Below, in pieces: positions 12,101 to 26,300 of a stretch of DNA of 64,000 nt; position 1 is the stretch's first letter, and every line of letters begins with the position of its first letter. The stretch spans positions 23,870,001 to 23,934,000 of the forward strand of contig OZ024756.1 in the NCBI GenBank assembly GCA_964016885.1, in the 5' to 3' direction. The notes under the pieces are model-generated. The model saw only the letters and a list, made by a program, of their open reading frames with translations. It did no database searches and had not been told where the DNA came from. The position numbers were made by a program, and so were the translations under genes. This DNA comes from Eledone cirrhosa. Lineage: Eukaryota.

Positions 12101-14330
12101 ATATTTCACAAATCAAGTTTTCACAATATGTTTTAGTAGAAGAAAGTTCAAGTGAAATTTCTTCTTTTTCATTCTCTGATGTTGCTAATTTATCTTGGAG
12201 TTCAGCAACAGAAGTGGTGATATCTGTACTAGTTATAATTTCTTGAGAACCCTTCAATTCAGATATTTCACAAATCAAGTTTTCACAATATGTTTTAGTA
12301 GAAGAAAGTTCAAGTGAAATTTCTTCTTTTTCATTCTCTGATGTTGCTAATTTATCTTGGAGTTCAGCAACAGAAGTGGTGATATCTGTCCCAGTTATAT
12401 TTTCTTGAGAACCCTTCAATTCAGATATTTCACAAATCAAATTTTCACAATATGTTTTAGTAGAAGAAAGTTCAAGTGAAATTTCTTCTTTTCCATTCTC
12501 TGATGTTGCTAATTTATCTTGGAGTTCAGCAACAGAAGTGGTTATATCTGTACTAGTTATAATTTCTTGAGAATCTTTCAATTCAGATATTTCACAAATC
12601 AAGTTTTCACAATATGTTTTAGTAGAAGAAAGTTCAAGTGAAATTTTTTCTTTTTCATTCTCTGATGTTGCTAATTTATCTTGGAGTTCAGCAACAGAAG
12701 TGGTGATATCTGTACTAGTTATAATTTCTTGAGAACCCTTCAATTCAGATATTTCACAAATCAAGTTTTCACAATATGTTTTAGTAGAAGAAAGTTCAAG
12801 TGAAATTTTTTCTTTTTCATTCTCTGATGTTGCTAATTTATCTTGGAGTTCAGCAACAGAAGTGGTGATATCTGTACTAGTTATAATTTCTTGAGAACCC
12901 TTCAATTCAGATATTTCACAAATCAAGTTTTCACAATATGTTTTAGTAGAAGAAAGTTCAAGTGAAATTTTTTCTTTTTCATTCTCTGATGTTGCTAATT
13001 TATCTTGGAGTTCAGCAATAGAAGTGGTGATATCTGTACTAGTTATAATTTCTTGAGAACCCTTCAATTCAGATATTTCACAAATCAAGTTTTCACAATA
13101 TGTTTTAGTAGAAGAAAGTTCAAGTGAAATTTTTTCTTTTTCATTCTCTGATGTTGCTAATTTATCTTGGAGTTCAGCAACAGAAGTGGTGATATCTGTA
13201 CCAGTCATATTTTCTTGAGCAGCCCTCAATTCAGATATCTTATGTAACTCTTCTTGGTGTCCCGCAGATGCTCTAGATAAAAATGTGAGTTCTTCAGCTT
13301 TAAGTTCTAACTTATGGCTCAACTTCTTATTATCCTGGATAACTTTCGTAAGCTGCGTCTTCAATTCAATGTATTCCTTTTGCTCAAAAATGGGAGTTTT
13401 GTCCTGAACAATTTTATTCAGTTTGTCGTTCTCTGCCTGCAAATTATTAAGCTGCAGGTTTTGGTCTGCATTTTTAGATGACAAGAAAGTTATTTCTTCA
13501 GACTTACATATGATCTTATCTCTAGCAGCTTGGAGATCATTGTTCATTTTCTGAACTCGGCTTTCCAGAATTTGAATCTGAGACTCCAGGTTAAATATTT
13601 GATCCTTGAGTTGATTCACATCTGCTTTTCGGGCAGACCTTGAAGCCGACCGGCTGGTCACATTACTAAGGTTCAATAAAGGCCTCTCACTACCGGATAT
13701 ATTAAAACTACTATTATCTAATGAACTAGATCTTCGTGTATGTTGAAGCTCTTCTTCAAGACTCTTTACCCTTCCTTGGTTACTCTGCAGTTTCGACAAC
13801 AAACAGATATTTTCAGTTTCTGTACTTTCCACTTTCTGCAGCAAATCCGTCTTCATGTCATTGAAAGCCTTCACTTCTCTGTCATGATTCATTTTTTCTT
13901 CTTTCAGCTTTTTCTTTTCATTTTCAATCTTTTCTTCTTCTGCCTGTAATTGGTAAAAACAAAATTCAATATAAGTGTGTATGTATGTTTATATATATAT
14001 AAGTGTGTATGTATGTGCATATATATATTTATATGTATGTATGTATGTGCATATATATATATATATATATATAAGTTTATCTTGGGTTCAATCGGGGGTA
14101 ACCACAGTAAGTAACCACTCAATACATAGAGTATATTTAATATAGAAATGGCTTCTACAGGAGTAGAACTGTTCATTCGGGAGAAATCATCAGGGCTTCA
14201 TGATGATTTCTCCCGAATTAAACAGTTCTAGTCCTGTAGAAGCCATTTCTATATTAAATATTTATACTCTGCTAAATATTGAGTACCTTACTTACTGTGG
14301 TTATCCCTGATTGAACCTGGGATAAACTTA

Positions 14331-14384
<54 letters not shown>

Positions 14385-15626
14385 TATATAATGTGGGTAA
14401 TATTGTATATTATCCAATTACAAGTATGAGAATAGCTCAATGTAAAATAAGAAGTATATTACAGAGCCAAAATTCTTTATAAACAACAATCAGCGTTTAG
14501 AACATTTAATCACTTATGATCGTTTCATCCAAGCACAAGGCTGGAATCATTAGAGTATATAATAAGGGTTGAAACACAAATATAATATGGGAAATAAGCG
14601 TAAGTATCAACATTTATATAAGAAAAGATAGCAAAGGCAGAAGAAGCATACATTCAATTTTTTTTCTTCATTGATGCATTGTAACTCCAACTCAAGAAAT
14701 TCTCTAGTTTCATTGTGATTGCAAACGGACAAGCGGGCTTTTTTAACAGGGCTGTAAAGAAAGAGACAATTTATGAGACCAATTTTCAATCTAGTTTTAT
14801 CAACACATGCATCAAATATACATCATTCTTAGAGAAAAAAAGGTGTATATATATATATATGCACATGGCTTAATGTTTAGAGCATTAGGCTTGCAATCAG
14901 TAGGTTGTGAGTTTTATTCTCGGACTGGATGATGCATCATGTCCTTGAGCAAGACACTTTATTTCACGTTGTTCCACTTTACTCAGCTGTAGAAATAAGT
15001 TGTAATGTCACTGGTGCCAAGCTGTATCGACCATTGCCTTACCCTTGGACATCAGTGGCGTGGAGAGGGCAGACCGGTATGCATGGGCAACTGCTGGTCT
15101 TCCACAAAACAACTTTGCTCAGACTTGAGCCTCGGAGGGGAACTTTCTGGGTGCAAATCCCATGGTCATTTGTTGCTGGAGTTCTGTATCCTTTTTGTAC
15201 ATATACATGCACAGTTAAAAAATCTTTGAGGCAGGTGCCAGGACTGAGTTTTTTACATTCTTTAAGTCTGAGAAGCTATTTTTAACAAAATTATGATTGT
15301 CTGTTAAGTCTTTTAACCACCATTTACCACATGTAAGCAGCACATGTAATATTTGATACAAAATGCAAACCTATTGCACTGAATTAGATTTAATCACTGT
15401 AGAAAGAAAAGCACTGGGCCTGCATCTCACATTTTATTTAGGGACTAGGGAGGTTGTCAAGTCTTTGACATGTCCTTAAAAACTGTAAAAGTTAAAATAA
15501 GAGGCAGGAGCATTACCTGGGTATTTTTTCTTTCATTATTAATTCATTCTTTAGCATTTCATTTTCAAGCTTTAAAAACATTTCTGCTTCGTTCTAGAAG
15601 TAGACAACTAAACAATGAGAGAGAGA

Positions 15627-15661
<35 letters not shown>

Positions 15662-17423
15662 GGCGAGAGAGAGAGAGAGAGAGGGAGAGAGGGAGAGGGA
15701 GAGAGATGAGTGAGAAAGTATTACATAAATATATTTTACAGAGACTATTGTAAAGAGAAAAAAAGATGGCTGGGTCAGGTGCTGAGGAAGGATGAAAGTG
15801 ATGGAAATGAATGTGAAAAAAAAAAGAGAAAGTAAATAAAAACAAGACAAGTCTAAAGATGATGGTGGAGGAAATGAAAGCCAGAGATTTGTAGAGTTGG
15901 GTTCACCAATGCCATGAAAATTAGTAGACAGAAACTGCAGAAGTCCATCTCATACATACACATATATAATATATGTACGTGAGTATTTAATGTTTGCTCG
16001 TGTCCTGTAAGGTAGCAGTTTGACAATCAAAGATCAACAGAATAAGTACCAGCATGGTTTCTACACCTGGATGCCCTGCCTAACACCAACCACTTTACAG
16101 AGTGTATTGGGTGCATTTTATAAAGGCACCAGCACTAGAAATGTGTCTTTGACACAACTGAAGAGTCCTCTATATTCCTTTGGTATAATTTTTACAATTG
16201 GATGCCCTTCCTAAAACCAATCACTTTACAGAGTGTACAGGATACATTTTATTGAGGCACCAACATTATTATGGCCCACTTAAAAGTCCTCTCTACTATT
16301 TTGACAGGGTTTCTATGGCTGATTTCTCTTTCTGTCACCAACTACTTTACAGAGTGTACTTGGTGCATTTTATTGTGGCACAACTTAACAGTCCTCTCTA
16401 CAATTTTGACAGAACTTCTCTGGTTGGATGCTCTTTCTATCACCATCCAACTATGGTGGAAGAAAAAACAAAAAAATGGTGTCACAAAAAGGTAAAAATA
16501 AAAAGTAAACAAAACATACAACAATATTAGTTTGAACCGAAGTGTTGACATAAGTGACCGGAGTTTTGTTAATGGAGACATCCTTCTGGTAACTTATGGA
16601 ATAATCACTCTTGTCTTCATCATTATCAGACATGGACGTTTCTGCAATGCTATCCAGAGTTCTTGCAGGTGTACCAAAAGATTCTATAAAAAAAAAAAAA
16701 GAAAGATTTACAATATATACTCAAATACAAGCCAACCCCACCTATTTTATGTCTGTCTAAGAAATGGGCAAAGATCCAAACCCCATGTATAAGCTGAGGT
16801 AGCTAATCAACACATTGTGTTTAGATGGCATGGTTTTGAAATTCTCATGAGTATAAAATATATTTATGAAGTTTTAATATTTTCAGAGCAATAAAATATT
16901 GTCAGACAAATATGTGTATGTGTGCACATGTACATGCATGTATGTGTGCACATGTGTATGCGTGTATGGGATATTTATACATCAAGTTTGAATTAAAAAA
17001 ATTTGTTGGAGATATTTTTAAGGGAATGCATAATACCAATGACAATATACCATCAGGAGGATGGTATATATATACACATGCATACATAAACACACACACA
17101 CACATACATACATATACATACATACACACACACATATATATACATACACACACACATATACATACATACACACACATATATACATACACACATATATATA
17201 TACATACCCACACACATACATATATATAGGCAACACGGTAAAAACCTCCCAGCCCCACACTGTAAATGTGGTTGGTGTTAGGAAGGGCATCCAACTGTAG
17301 AAAACCCGCCAGACAGTCCTATGCGAGCAAGACAACCACTCTTGCCTCAAGTGGGAAAACCCCCGTCCAAACCCATGCAAGCGTGGAACACGGACGCTAA
17401 ACCTGATGATGATGATGATGATG

Positions 17424-17454
<31 letters not shown>

Positions 17455-20290
17455 TATATACATATATATATATATACATACACACACACATATATATACA
17501 CACACACACATATATATATACATACACACACATACATATATACATACATACAGAATATATATAAATCCAACCTGAAATTGATGGTTCTATTTTTCTCTTC
17601 AAAAGACCTGGGCACCATGTCTTCCTACGAATGATCTTTTTCTGAAAAGAAAGAAAACAAATGTCAGAATAAATATCAACTTGGGTCTGTTGAGGCCTTT
17701 GTTACTAACCTATGTGTCTGATGCTCTCCATGAATGGTGATGGTGATGATTATAAGAATAGTTACCTTTTTACTTTCAGTTGTTGAGACACAAATCATTT
17801 TCTTCAAAGCATCAATTGTACTTTGGTATTTTCTCTCTAACTGTTCCTTCTCCAGTTCGTGTTTCTCATTATGTAAGCCTCCATAGAATGGGTTCAAGTT
17901 CTTCTGAGGTGTCTGTTTTTTATACTTTTGATAAAATAAAACGGAAAGATTAGATAACCAGCATACATACAAAAAATACAAATAAAAGTATGAAGAAACA
18001 AACGAGTTGGTTTTAGGAAGTAGCAACATTTAGCTAGAAGAGAAGTTAGATGCCGGAGTCTACTCTTGGGTCTCAAATAATCATACCCCAACCGCTTAAG
18101 TTTTCAGATTTTTTCCAACAGCCCTGCTTATTAAATTTTGCTAATCTATCTCCGGTGAATTTTTTTTTTAAGTGGTAGCATTCCTGTGACAATTTTCTTT
18201 AGACATTAAAAAACATTATACATGACAAAAAAAGTACATTACTAGAATTCTATACTTTATAAAATAAATAGGATGCGTTGGGGTCTCAATATGTAAACTT
18301 AATGATTAATATTAGTTTTTAAAAACATCAATGGAGACACCCTAGAAAAATTACTGCCCCCGCCTCCTCCTACTTATTTGGGACTCAAAAGTACTTAGCA
18401 AGGGGTGAAGAAAGTAAGAGATTTGCACATGTTCTATATGAGGTTCAGAAGCGTAAAGTGATCTGGCTTGTGTATATTATATTTACATACAATAAAGTGT
18501 TTATAAGTATATACACACACTTTCAATTGGGGAGTAAAAAAAATGATAAGTTGTAAATTACTCTATATTTACTATTGTATTTTTGCAGAAAAGGTTTTAT
18601 CTCACATATCGTATCTACGAGATTTTGATATTATTTATCTTGAGAAACAATACCTTAACAAAAGTATGAGTGGCCGGTTACAGCCGGTTTAAACAGAAAG
18701 GCGTGAGAGAATTCTGGCTTGATATGGATGGTTTAAATGCTAAAGGGTTAAACAAATTCATTTATAAGAGAAATCTAAGAGTTACCGATTCCAGTTGCTT
18801 CTGAAGTTGTTGAATTTCCTGTTGATATCGCTTCAAAATTGCCTTATTTGACACATCCGTGATTTCGTTTATTATTGGTTGGGTGTTAATAGTTTTAGCA
18901 CGGGTTGCAAACTGTAAGTAGACATCAGAAAACAGTAGATTTAGTTGGCTTCTTACAAAGTCGCCTCTCTCAGGAGGAGTCTTGAATGTTTTAATGAGAG
19001 GGACCCCCAACTGCTGTTGTTACAGTTCACACTTATGCAAGTTAAGCTGGCCTCCTATGAGGTTGCATCTCTCAGGAGATTTCTTGAGTGTTTTAATGAT
19101 AGGGGACCCAGTATTGATGTGACAGCTCACAACAATGCAGGTTTAGCCAGCTCCTTACAAAGTCAGTACGAGGCAATCCGTCTAACCCATACCAGCATGA
19201 AAAGTAGACATTAAATGATGATGATATATAAAAATAGAACATGTGAATTAACATCAAGCTACAGATTCAACAAAGGAATAAACTTTGTCACTTACTCTCA
19301 AAGTAGAACTAGTCTCTTCATTTACCACTGGGTTAACGGTGCAAATGATAGCTGTCTTGGAATTGCCCCCTAAACCATTCTGGAGCAATCGGGTCAATTT
19401 GGAATCTCGGTAGTTAATATGAACATTACTGGAAAATGGAACAAGAGAAAAAACTCAAATTTTTTAAAGTATATACAAATGTAAAGTAGTAGTGCAGGTG
19501 CCATGATAAAAAAAAACACCCAGTCAATCCTGTGAGGTTGCAGTGTTGGTAGATTAGCAGAGTCAGTAGTGTTAGATAAAATGCCATTACAGTATTTGTA
19601 CTGACTCTTTACATTCTGCGTTCAAATCCAGTCGAGGTCAACTTTGCATTTTATTCTTCCAAGGGGTTGACAAATCGACTTTTCCCCTTCCCCCAAAATG
19701 CTGTGTATATGCCTATTGAATCATAGTTTTAACATCCCCTTTCCCTGCTAACAAGGATCAGATGTGTTTATATATACCAAGTCAGTACTGAAGCAGAGCC
19801 ACTGATCTTCAAGACAGACCAGGATTTATGTCTCGCTTATGTATGGTGTGTATGTATCATCATCATCATCATTTTACGTCTGCTTTTCCCTGCTTGCAAG
19901 GATGAGACGGGAACTGATTCTGGCTTGATTTCTACAGCTGGATGCCCTTCCTAACACCAACCTCATTTACAGTGAGTGCTGGGTGCTTTTTTGCCATGGC
20001 ACCTCCATGACCACTTTGCAGTGGAATGATAGGGACCCCAGTCCTATCATCTCATTTCTACAGGTGAGTAAACTGGAGCAATGTGAAATAAAGTGTCTTG
20101 CTCAAGGAAACAACACATCACCCAGTCTGAAAGTGTATATATATATATATATATACACACACATACATATATAATCATGGTTTTACCATTCGCTTTCCCT
20201 GCTAACAAGAGTTGGATGGGTCTATATAGACCAAGTCAGTACTGAAGCGGAGCCACTGATCTCCAAGACACCCAGGGATTTGTATCTCAC

Positions 20291-20321
<31 letters not shown>

Positions 20322-23300
20322 CAAACATAGATATATTTATATCGTCATCGTTTTAACATCCACTTTCCCTGCTAGCAAGAGTTGGTTGGGTCTACATAGA
20401 CCAAGTCAGTAGCGAAGTGGAGCCAGTGATTTACCAAGCAAGCTAGAGATCTGTTGTCTCACTTATGAATGGTATGTTCGAAAGGATTACTAATAGTGAC
20501 TGTTTACTTCAAAGTTTTTGCCATGATTACCAGCTTCTTGAAACAGAGGAAGCTGTAATATCAGCAAAACCTGAAGGTAAACAATCAATATGAATGGATG
20601 ATGATTACTGGGTGAGGAAGTGCTAGGAGATTCCAGTGAAATGAAGCTGCATTAGAGGTAAACCAAGGGAGACCTGGGCAGAGGTGGTAGATGATGAAGA
20701 AACATGGCAAATAGAGAGATGCTGTTCTGAGAAAGACCTGTCCAACCCATGCAAGCATGGAAAAAACAGCTGTAAAAACAATGGTGATGATGACAAGGCC
20801 AACAATTTTTTGGGGTGGGTGGGTGGGGGAGTCGATTAGATCGACCCCAGTGTGTTACTGGTACTTTGTTTTACTGCCCTTAGAGGGACGAAAGGCAAAG
20901 TTGTCCTCGGCAGGATTTGAACTCAGAATGTAAAGGGATGGAAAAAATACCACAGCATAATGACAGTTAATAATAAATATACATTTTGACTGGGTGTATG
21001 GCACCAGCACTAACACTTTACAGAGCGTACTGGATGTATTTCATTGTGGCACCAGCACTACTACTTTACAGAGAGTACTGGATGTATTTCATCGTGGCAC
21101 CAGCATTAACACTTTACAGAGATACTGGGTGTAGTTTATTGTGGCACCAGCACTACCACTTTATAAAGTGTACTGGGTGTATTTTATTTTGGCAACAGCA
21201 CTACCACTTTACAGTGTGTACTAGGAGTATTTTATCGTGACACCAACACTAACACTTTATAAAGTGTACTGGGTGTATTTTATTTTGGCAACAGCACTAC
21301 CACTTTACAGTGTGTACTAGGAGTATTTTATCGTGACACCAGAACTACCACTTTATAAAGTGTACTGGGTGTATTTTATTTTGGCAACAGCACTACCACT
21401 TTACAGTGTGTACTAGGAGTATTTTATCGTGACACCAGCACTAACACTTTAGAGAAAGTAAAGGAAGAAAACAGTTATAAAACTACAGTATATAGTTGAA
21501 TATAAACTGCACCTTGCTCTCATTCTATGTCTGAGAAATAAGCAAAAATCCAAACCCCGTTTATAAACCGAGGCAGCTAATCAACACATTATGTTTAGAT
21601 GTTGTATATAAGCTAACCTCCCATTTTACCTACAATTTTTTGGTCACATATTCATCGGTTTATATTCAAGACGCTCAGAGTTGCTGAAGCATGGAACAAA
21701 CTGCCTGCGTCAATTGTTAGCTGCCGAGACACTGCATCCTTTAAGACACTCATGCTTCCCGAAATACGCCAAAACTACACCTGATGTACCCCTTCCATAC
21801 ACATGCACACGTGTGTATCATGACTCGTGCACTGTTCATTTTACTGATGTTTGTGCATTGCCCTATGTACTGTACATGCACTTTTTTGATGAGTTGTGGT
21901 GCACCTGGGCACTGTACACAATATTTCATTATTGTTATTGTTATTATATCATGACTCATACACTGTTCATTTTCCTGACATTTGTACATTATTCTATGTA
22001 CTATACATGCACCTTTGATGAGTTGTAGTGCACCTGAGCACTGTACACAATAATTTCATTATTATTATTATATACAGTAGTTCTTATACCAACCTGACGC
22101 CATCACTAAGTTTGCTGATTACTTGTCCAAGAACCAAAAGACTTTTATTGATTGCACATCCTTCACGGAATCGGTCACCAGAATTTTCATGAGATTTCTC
22201 AGATCCAGCCAAATCTATGAAATACTGGAAAGTTAAAGAGTAATAAAAATTAGACGTGTGTCAGTATGTGCTTCTGAGTGTATGCATGTCTATGTTTACA
22301 TTTACTGTTTGTTTATGACCTGCATCTGAGTGGTTCAATGAAAAATAGATCAGTCAAATAAATACCAGACATTCTGTGGCTGATACGATCAGCTACACCC
22401 TTACAAAGGGGCTACCCCAGCATGACCAGTCTAATGACTGAAACCAGTAAAAGAATGAAAGAAAAGTAAAATAAGCAGACAAATTCTGGTCCACTCAGAA
22501 CGTAAAGGGACGTAACTATGCTGCAAAGCATGGTGTATGACACTCTAGCAACAATCCACCGTTTTCTTATACATTGAAATAATGGAAATAAAATATAGTT
22601 ACCAACAAGGACAGTCGCACCGATTCATCCTTTAACTCACTTTGATTATCTTGTCGTTCTTGGCTCTCAATTATCTACAAAAGTTAAACAGTTTTCTTGT
22701 TTAGATACAAGCTGAATGTATGTGGAAGAGTGAGCAGGGTCACATAAATCACACCGGTGTATTACTGGTATGTGACATTATCACCTAAGTCAAGGATACA
22801 ACAACCTCCTTAGTGCTGGTGTCACAATAAAATACACCCAGTACACTCTGTAAAGTAGCTGACATTAGAAAAGGCATTTAGCTGTAGAAACCATACCAAA
22901 ACTGGGATTTGAGTAGGTTCTACACAGCTGGTCTTTTTGAAATGTTTATACATTAAAAACTTCCATCATATTTTGATTTATTTGCATGGGTTAGACTGGT
23001 TATGAGACAAATTATGTCAGGTGACCACATTACAGTGTAGACTGCATGCTTTTTATCACGGCACCAAAACGACCATCTAACAGGATGGACTGGGTGATTT
23101 TTGTTATGTCATCAGCACAACCACCTTACAGGGAGTACTGGGTGCTTTGATTCTCATGTCACCAGCACAACCATCTTACAAAGTGTACCAGGTGCTTTTT
23201 TTTTTTGTCACCAACCCGACCACCTTACAAGATGGACAGAGTGCTTTTATTTATCATGTCACCAGCCCGACCACCTTATAGGGTAAACCGAGTGCTTTAT

Positions 23301-26300
23301 TTTTTATATAACCAGCATGACCACCTTACAAAGTGTACTGGATGCTTTTTCCTCATGTCACCAGCCCGCCAACATTTTTGGGTGAACTGGGTGCTTTTTT
23401 TCTCATGTCACCAGTATGACCAGCCCTACTAGAAAACATATACAAGGTGTGTCAGAAAGGTAACAGGGCTTAGTGTGTTGTGTGAGCTGAGTGGAGTAGG
23501 CATTAAGCAGGTTGCGTCACCATGTGACGTAATATCCAGGGAGCATATAACTGCAATCTTAGCTCTCTGCAGCCATTGTATATTTTTTCACCTGCTTTTG
23601 TTAACAGCTCCTTATTTTAAGCCATCAAGCAATGGGCACAGAGCAACAAACCAGTCTGAAGTTTACGGTCCGGTTGAAGAAAACTGTCAGAAGCACTCGG
23701 AATACTGCAGTAAGTGTACTGAGATGAGATGATGTATTCACAGGTTTCCAAGTGGCACAAAAGCTTCAAAGAAGGACAAGAATGGGGAAGACAACTCCAG
23801 AAGAGGAAGGCCTTCAACGAGCAGGATTGAGGCCAACGTTGTGCGCGTGAGGTAAGTGATACGGGGCGATGGTCGGCTGACTGGTCACAAATGAACTGGG
23901 CATGAATGTGACAGCGTTTGAAAAATTATCACTGAAGATTTGGGCATGTGCGAAGATGGTGCTGAAGCTGCTGGACGATGACCAGAAGGAGCAGCACATG
24001 CAGATGTCGACGTCTTGAAATCAAACCAGACTTGTTGGGGAGAATCATCCTTTTCCCCATTTCAAGGGGGCCCGTTTTCCAGACATGGAAGCCATCAAGA
24101 AGGCCATAATGACGGAGTTACAGAGAATCTTTTTCAGGAGTGCATGGATGGAGAAGGATAGGAAAGTACATTAAACTCGAGAAGGATCATGTGGAAGGGG
24201 AAGTTTGTAGTTTGGATTTGAAACATTTTTTGTGACCCCAGTCCTTTTTCTTTTCTGACACACCTCGTATATCAGGAAAACATCTGAACTAACTCACCAT
24301 ACGGAATATTGCGTGTGATCTGGAGCTCTCGTCATTTCTGGCAGTTTCACCAACATGCCGCCGAGCTGAAACAAGAAGATTTCATATCATCATCATCAGT
24401 TTGATCCTTTCATGGTTATATTTTTATAGGAGACACAACCAAATGTGACATTTTATAACCATCATCATCATCATCATTTAAATTCCATTTTTCAAAAATA
24501 CAGAGAGAGACAGATATATATATATATATAGAGAGAAGTATTCTGACTGTTGTAGATTCAAATGATATTCAATATTGGAAATCTTGACGTTTTTATATGT
24601 TGTAACAATTACATTTTTTGACAACTAACAACCCTAAAACATCCTTCGGATGCAGATTTTGAAAATGAAAACCGTTTTTCTCTAGGATGCACCATTTCGG
24701 AGCCTTTGAGAGACATACACATACTCTCATTTATTGTATATATATATGTATATATTATGAGTAGAAACACTTGCATAAGGGGGATACTTATCTGAAGATC
24801 TGCTGTTCAGTTCTCCCGAGAGCTTCTTACCATCACTGTATATATGTGTGTGTGTGTGTGTGAGTGTGAGTGTGAGTGTGTGTGTATATATATATATATA
24901 TATAAATGAGTATGTGTCCAACCCAAGCATGGGAAAGCGGACATAAAACGGCAAGGATGATGATACAAACACACATACATGCACAATAGGCTTTCTGCAG
25001 TTTCCGCCTACCAAATACACTCAAGGCACCGGTTGGCTTGGGGCTATACTAGAAGACAATTTCTTATGGTGTCACACAGTGGGACAGAAACACAAAACCA
25101 TGTGGCTGCAAAGTGACCTTCTTATTCTTAACCACAGGGGCTGTTATTGTTAAGTTCTGGGTCAGTTGTGACAAAGTAGAATTCTGATTAAAAGTTTAAT
25201 TCTGTGACCCACCTCATCTTTCTTTGAAATATAGTTACTTTATCTAGGACTGACATATTGAATGTGTCCTTCTGCTTTCTAAGACAGTAGGAACTGATTC
25301 AAGTGAGCATTTCCAACAGGTCAAGCTACAATATAACAGGGCTTTCTTGTTAGCTCAAAACCAGTATTTAATACAGTAGGGGCTGATTCAAGTTAGATTT
25401 AGCCACCATTTCCAACAGGTCAAGCTAAAATATAAAGGGGCTTTCTTGTTAGCTGAAACCAGTATTGATAACAAAAATATACTTACCATCTCCCTTCTTC
25501 TTAATGGCTAGCATATCATCAATGTTTTGTAAGACTTCTTCCTTAAGTCCATTCACATGAACTGCCCGATTCTATCAATAACAGAAGACAAAGAACAAAT
25601 TAACTTGCTTTCATCCTTTCTGCACTATATTTCTAATGTAAAGACATTGCTTTGGAGGGATTTAGTAATATAACTGTCTTATTATTAAGTTGGTATTTGG
25701 AACATAACTCAGGAAAGGGATATTACAAAATAAAAATCTAAATTAAGGAACAAATTTAAACAAATAACTTTAAAACAAAACCTTTATTCACCTTAAAACT
25801 GGGGATGTTGGAGAGTGAAGGTCGGGCAGGTTTGGTATCATTAGAGTTAAGTTGATATTTGGAACTGAACAAAAAAGGGTTCTAACCTAACTTTATGAAG
25901 GAAGGTTTTTATTTAAATATGCTTTGTTGGATGTGCAATGTAAATGTGATAGAAAGGCAGAATCTGTGTTTATGAGGAATCCGAGGTAGTGTACAAGATA
26001 GAAAACCATGTTGGTCAGACATGTGATGTACATGGATGATGATCATTGGGTGGATGTAATTTCAAAATCTCAAGGGGTGCCGTGATAGAAAAAGGTTAAT
26101 AACCACTGGTCTATATCTCCACCCTCACACTATGTCTCTTTCTCTGGAAGAAATCAGCTCAATCAGTTAAGTACACAAATATGGCAGGGTGGGGTGGGAT
26201 GGAGGATGGTAAATAAGGTATCATTCTAGGGGTGGTGGTGTTGATAAATGAAGTACCATTCCAGGGAGGGGGGGAGTGATAAATAAAGTACTGTTCAAGG

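Noticed and set aside
16902-17618. Many YI/CV/HT-rich ORFs here and elsewhere in the ORF track
   Set aside because: Translations of (TA)n/(CA)n microsatellites.
22090-22093. Alternative donor gtataa for CENP-E exon 9
   Set aside because: Gives phase 0, which breaks the frame with exon 10.
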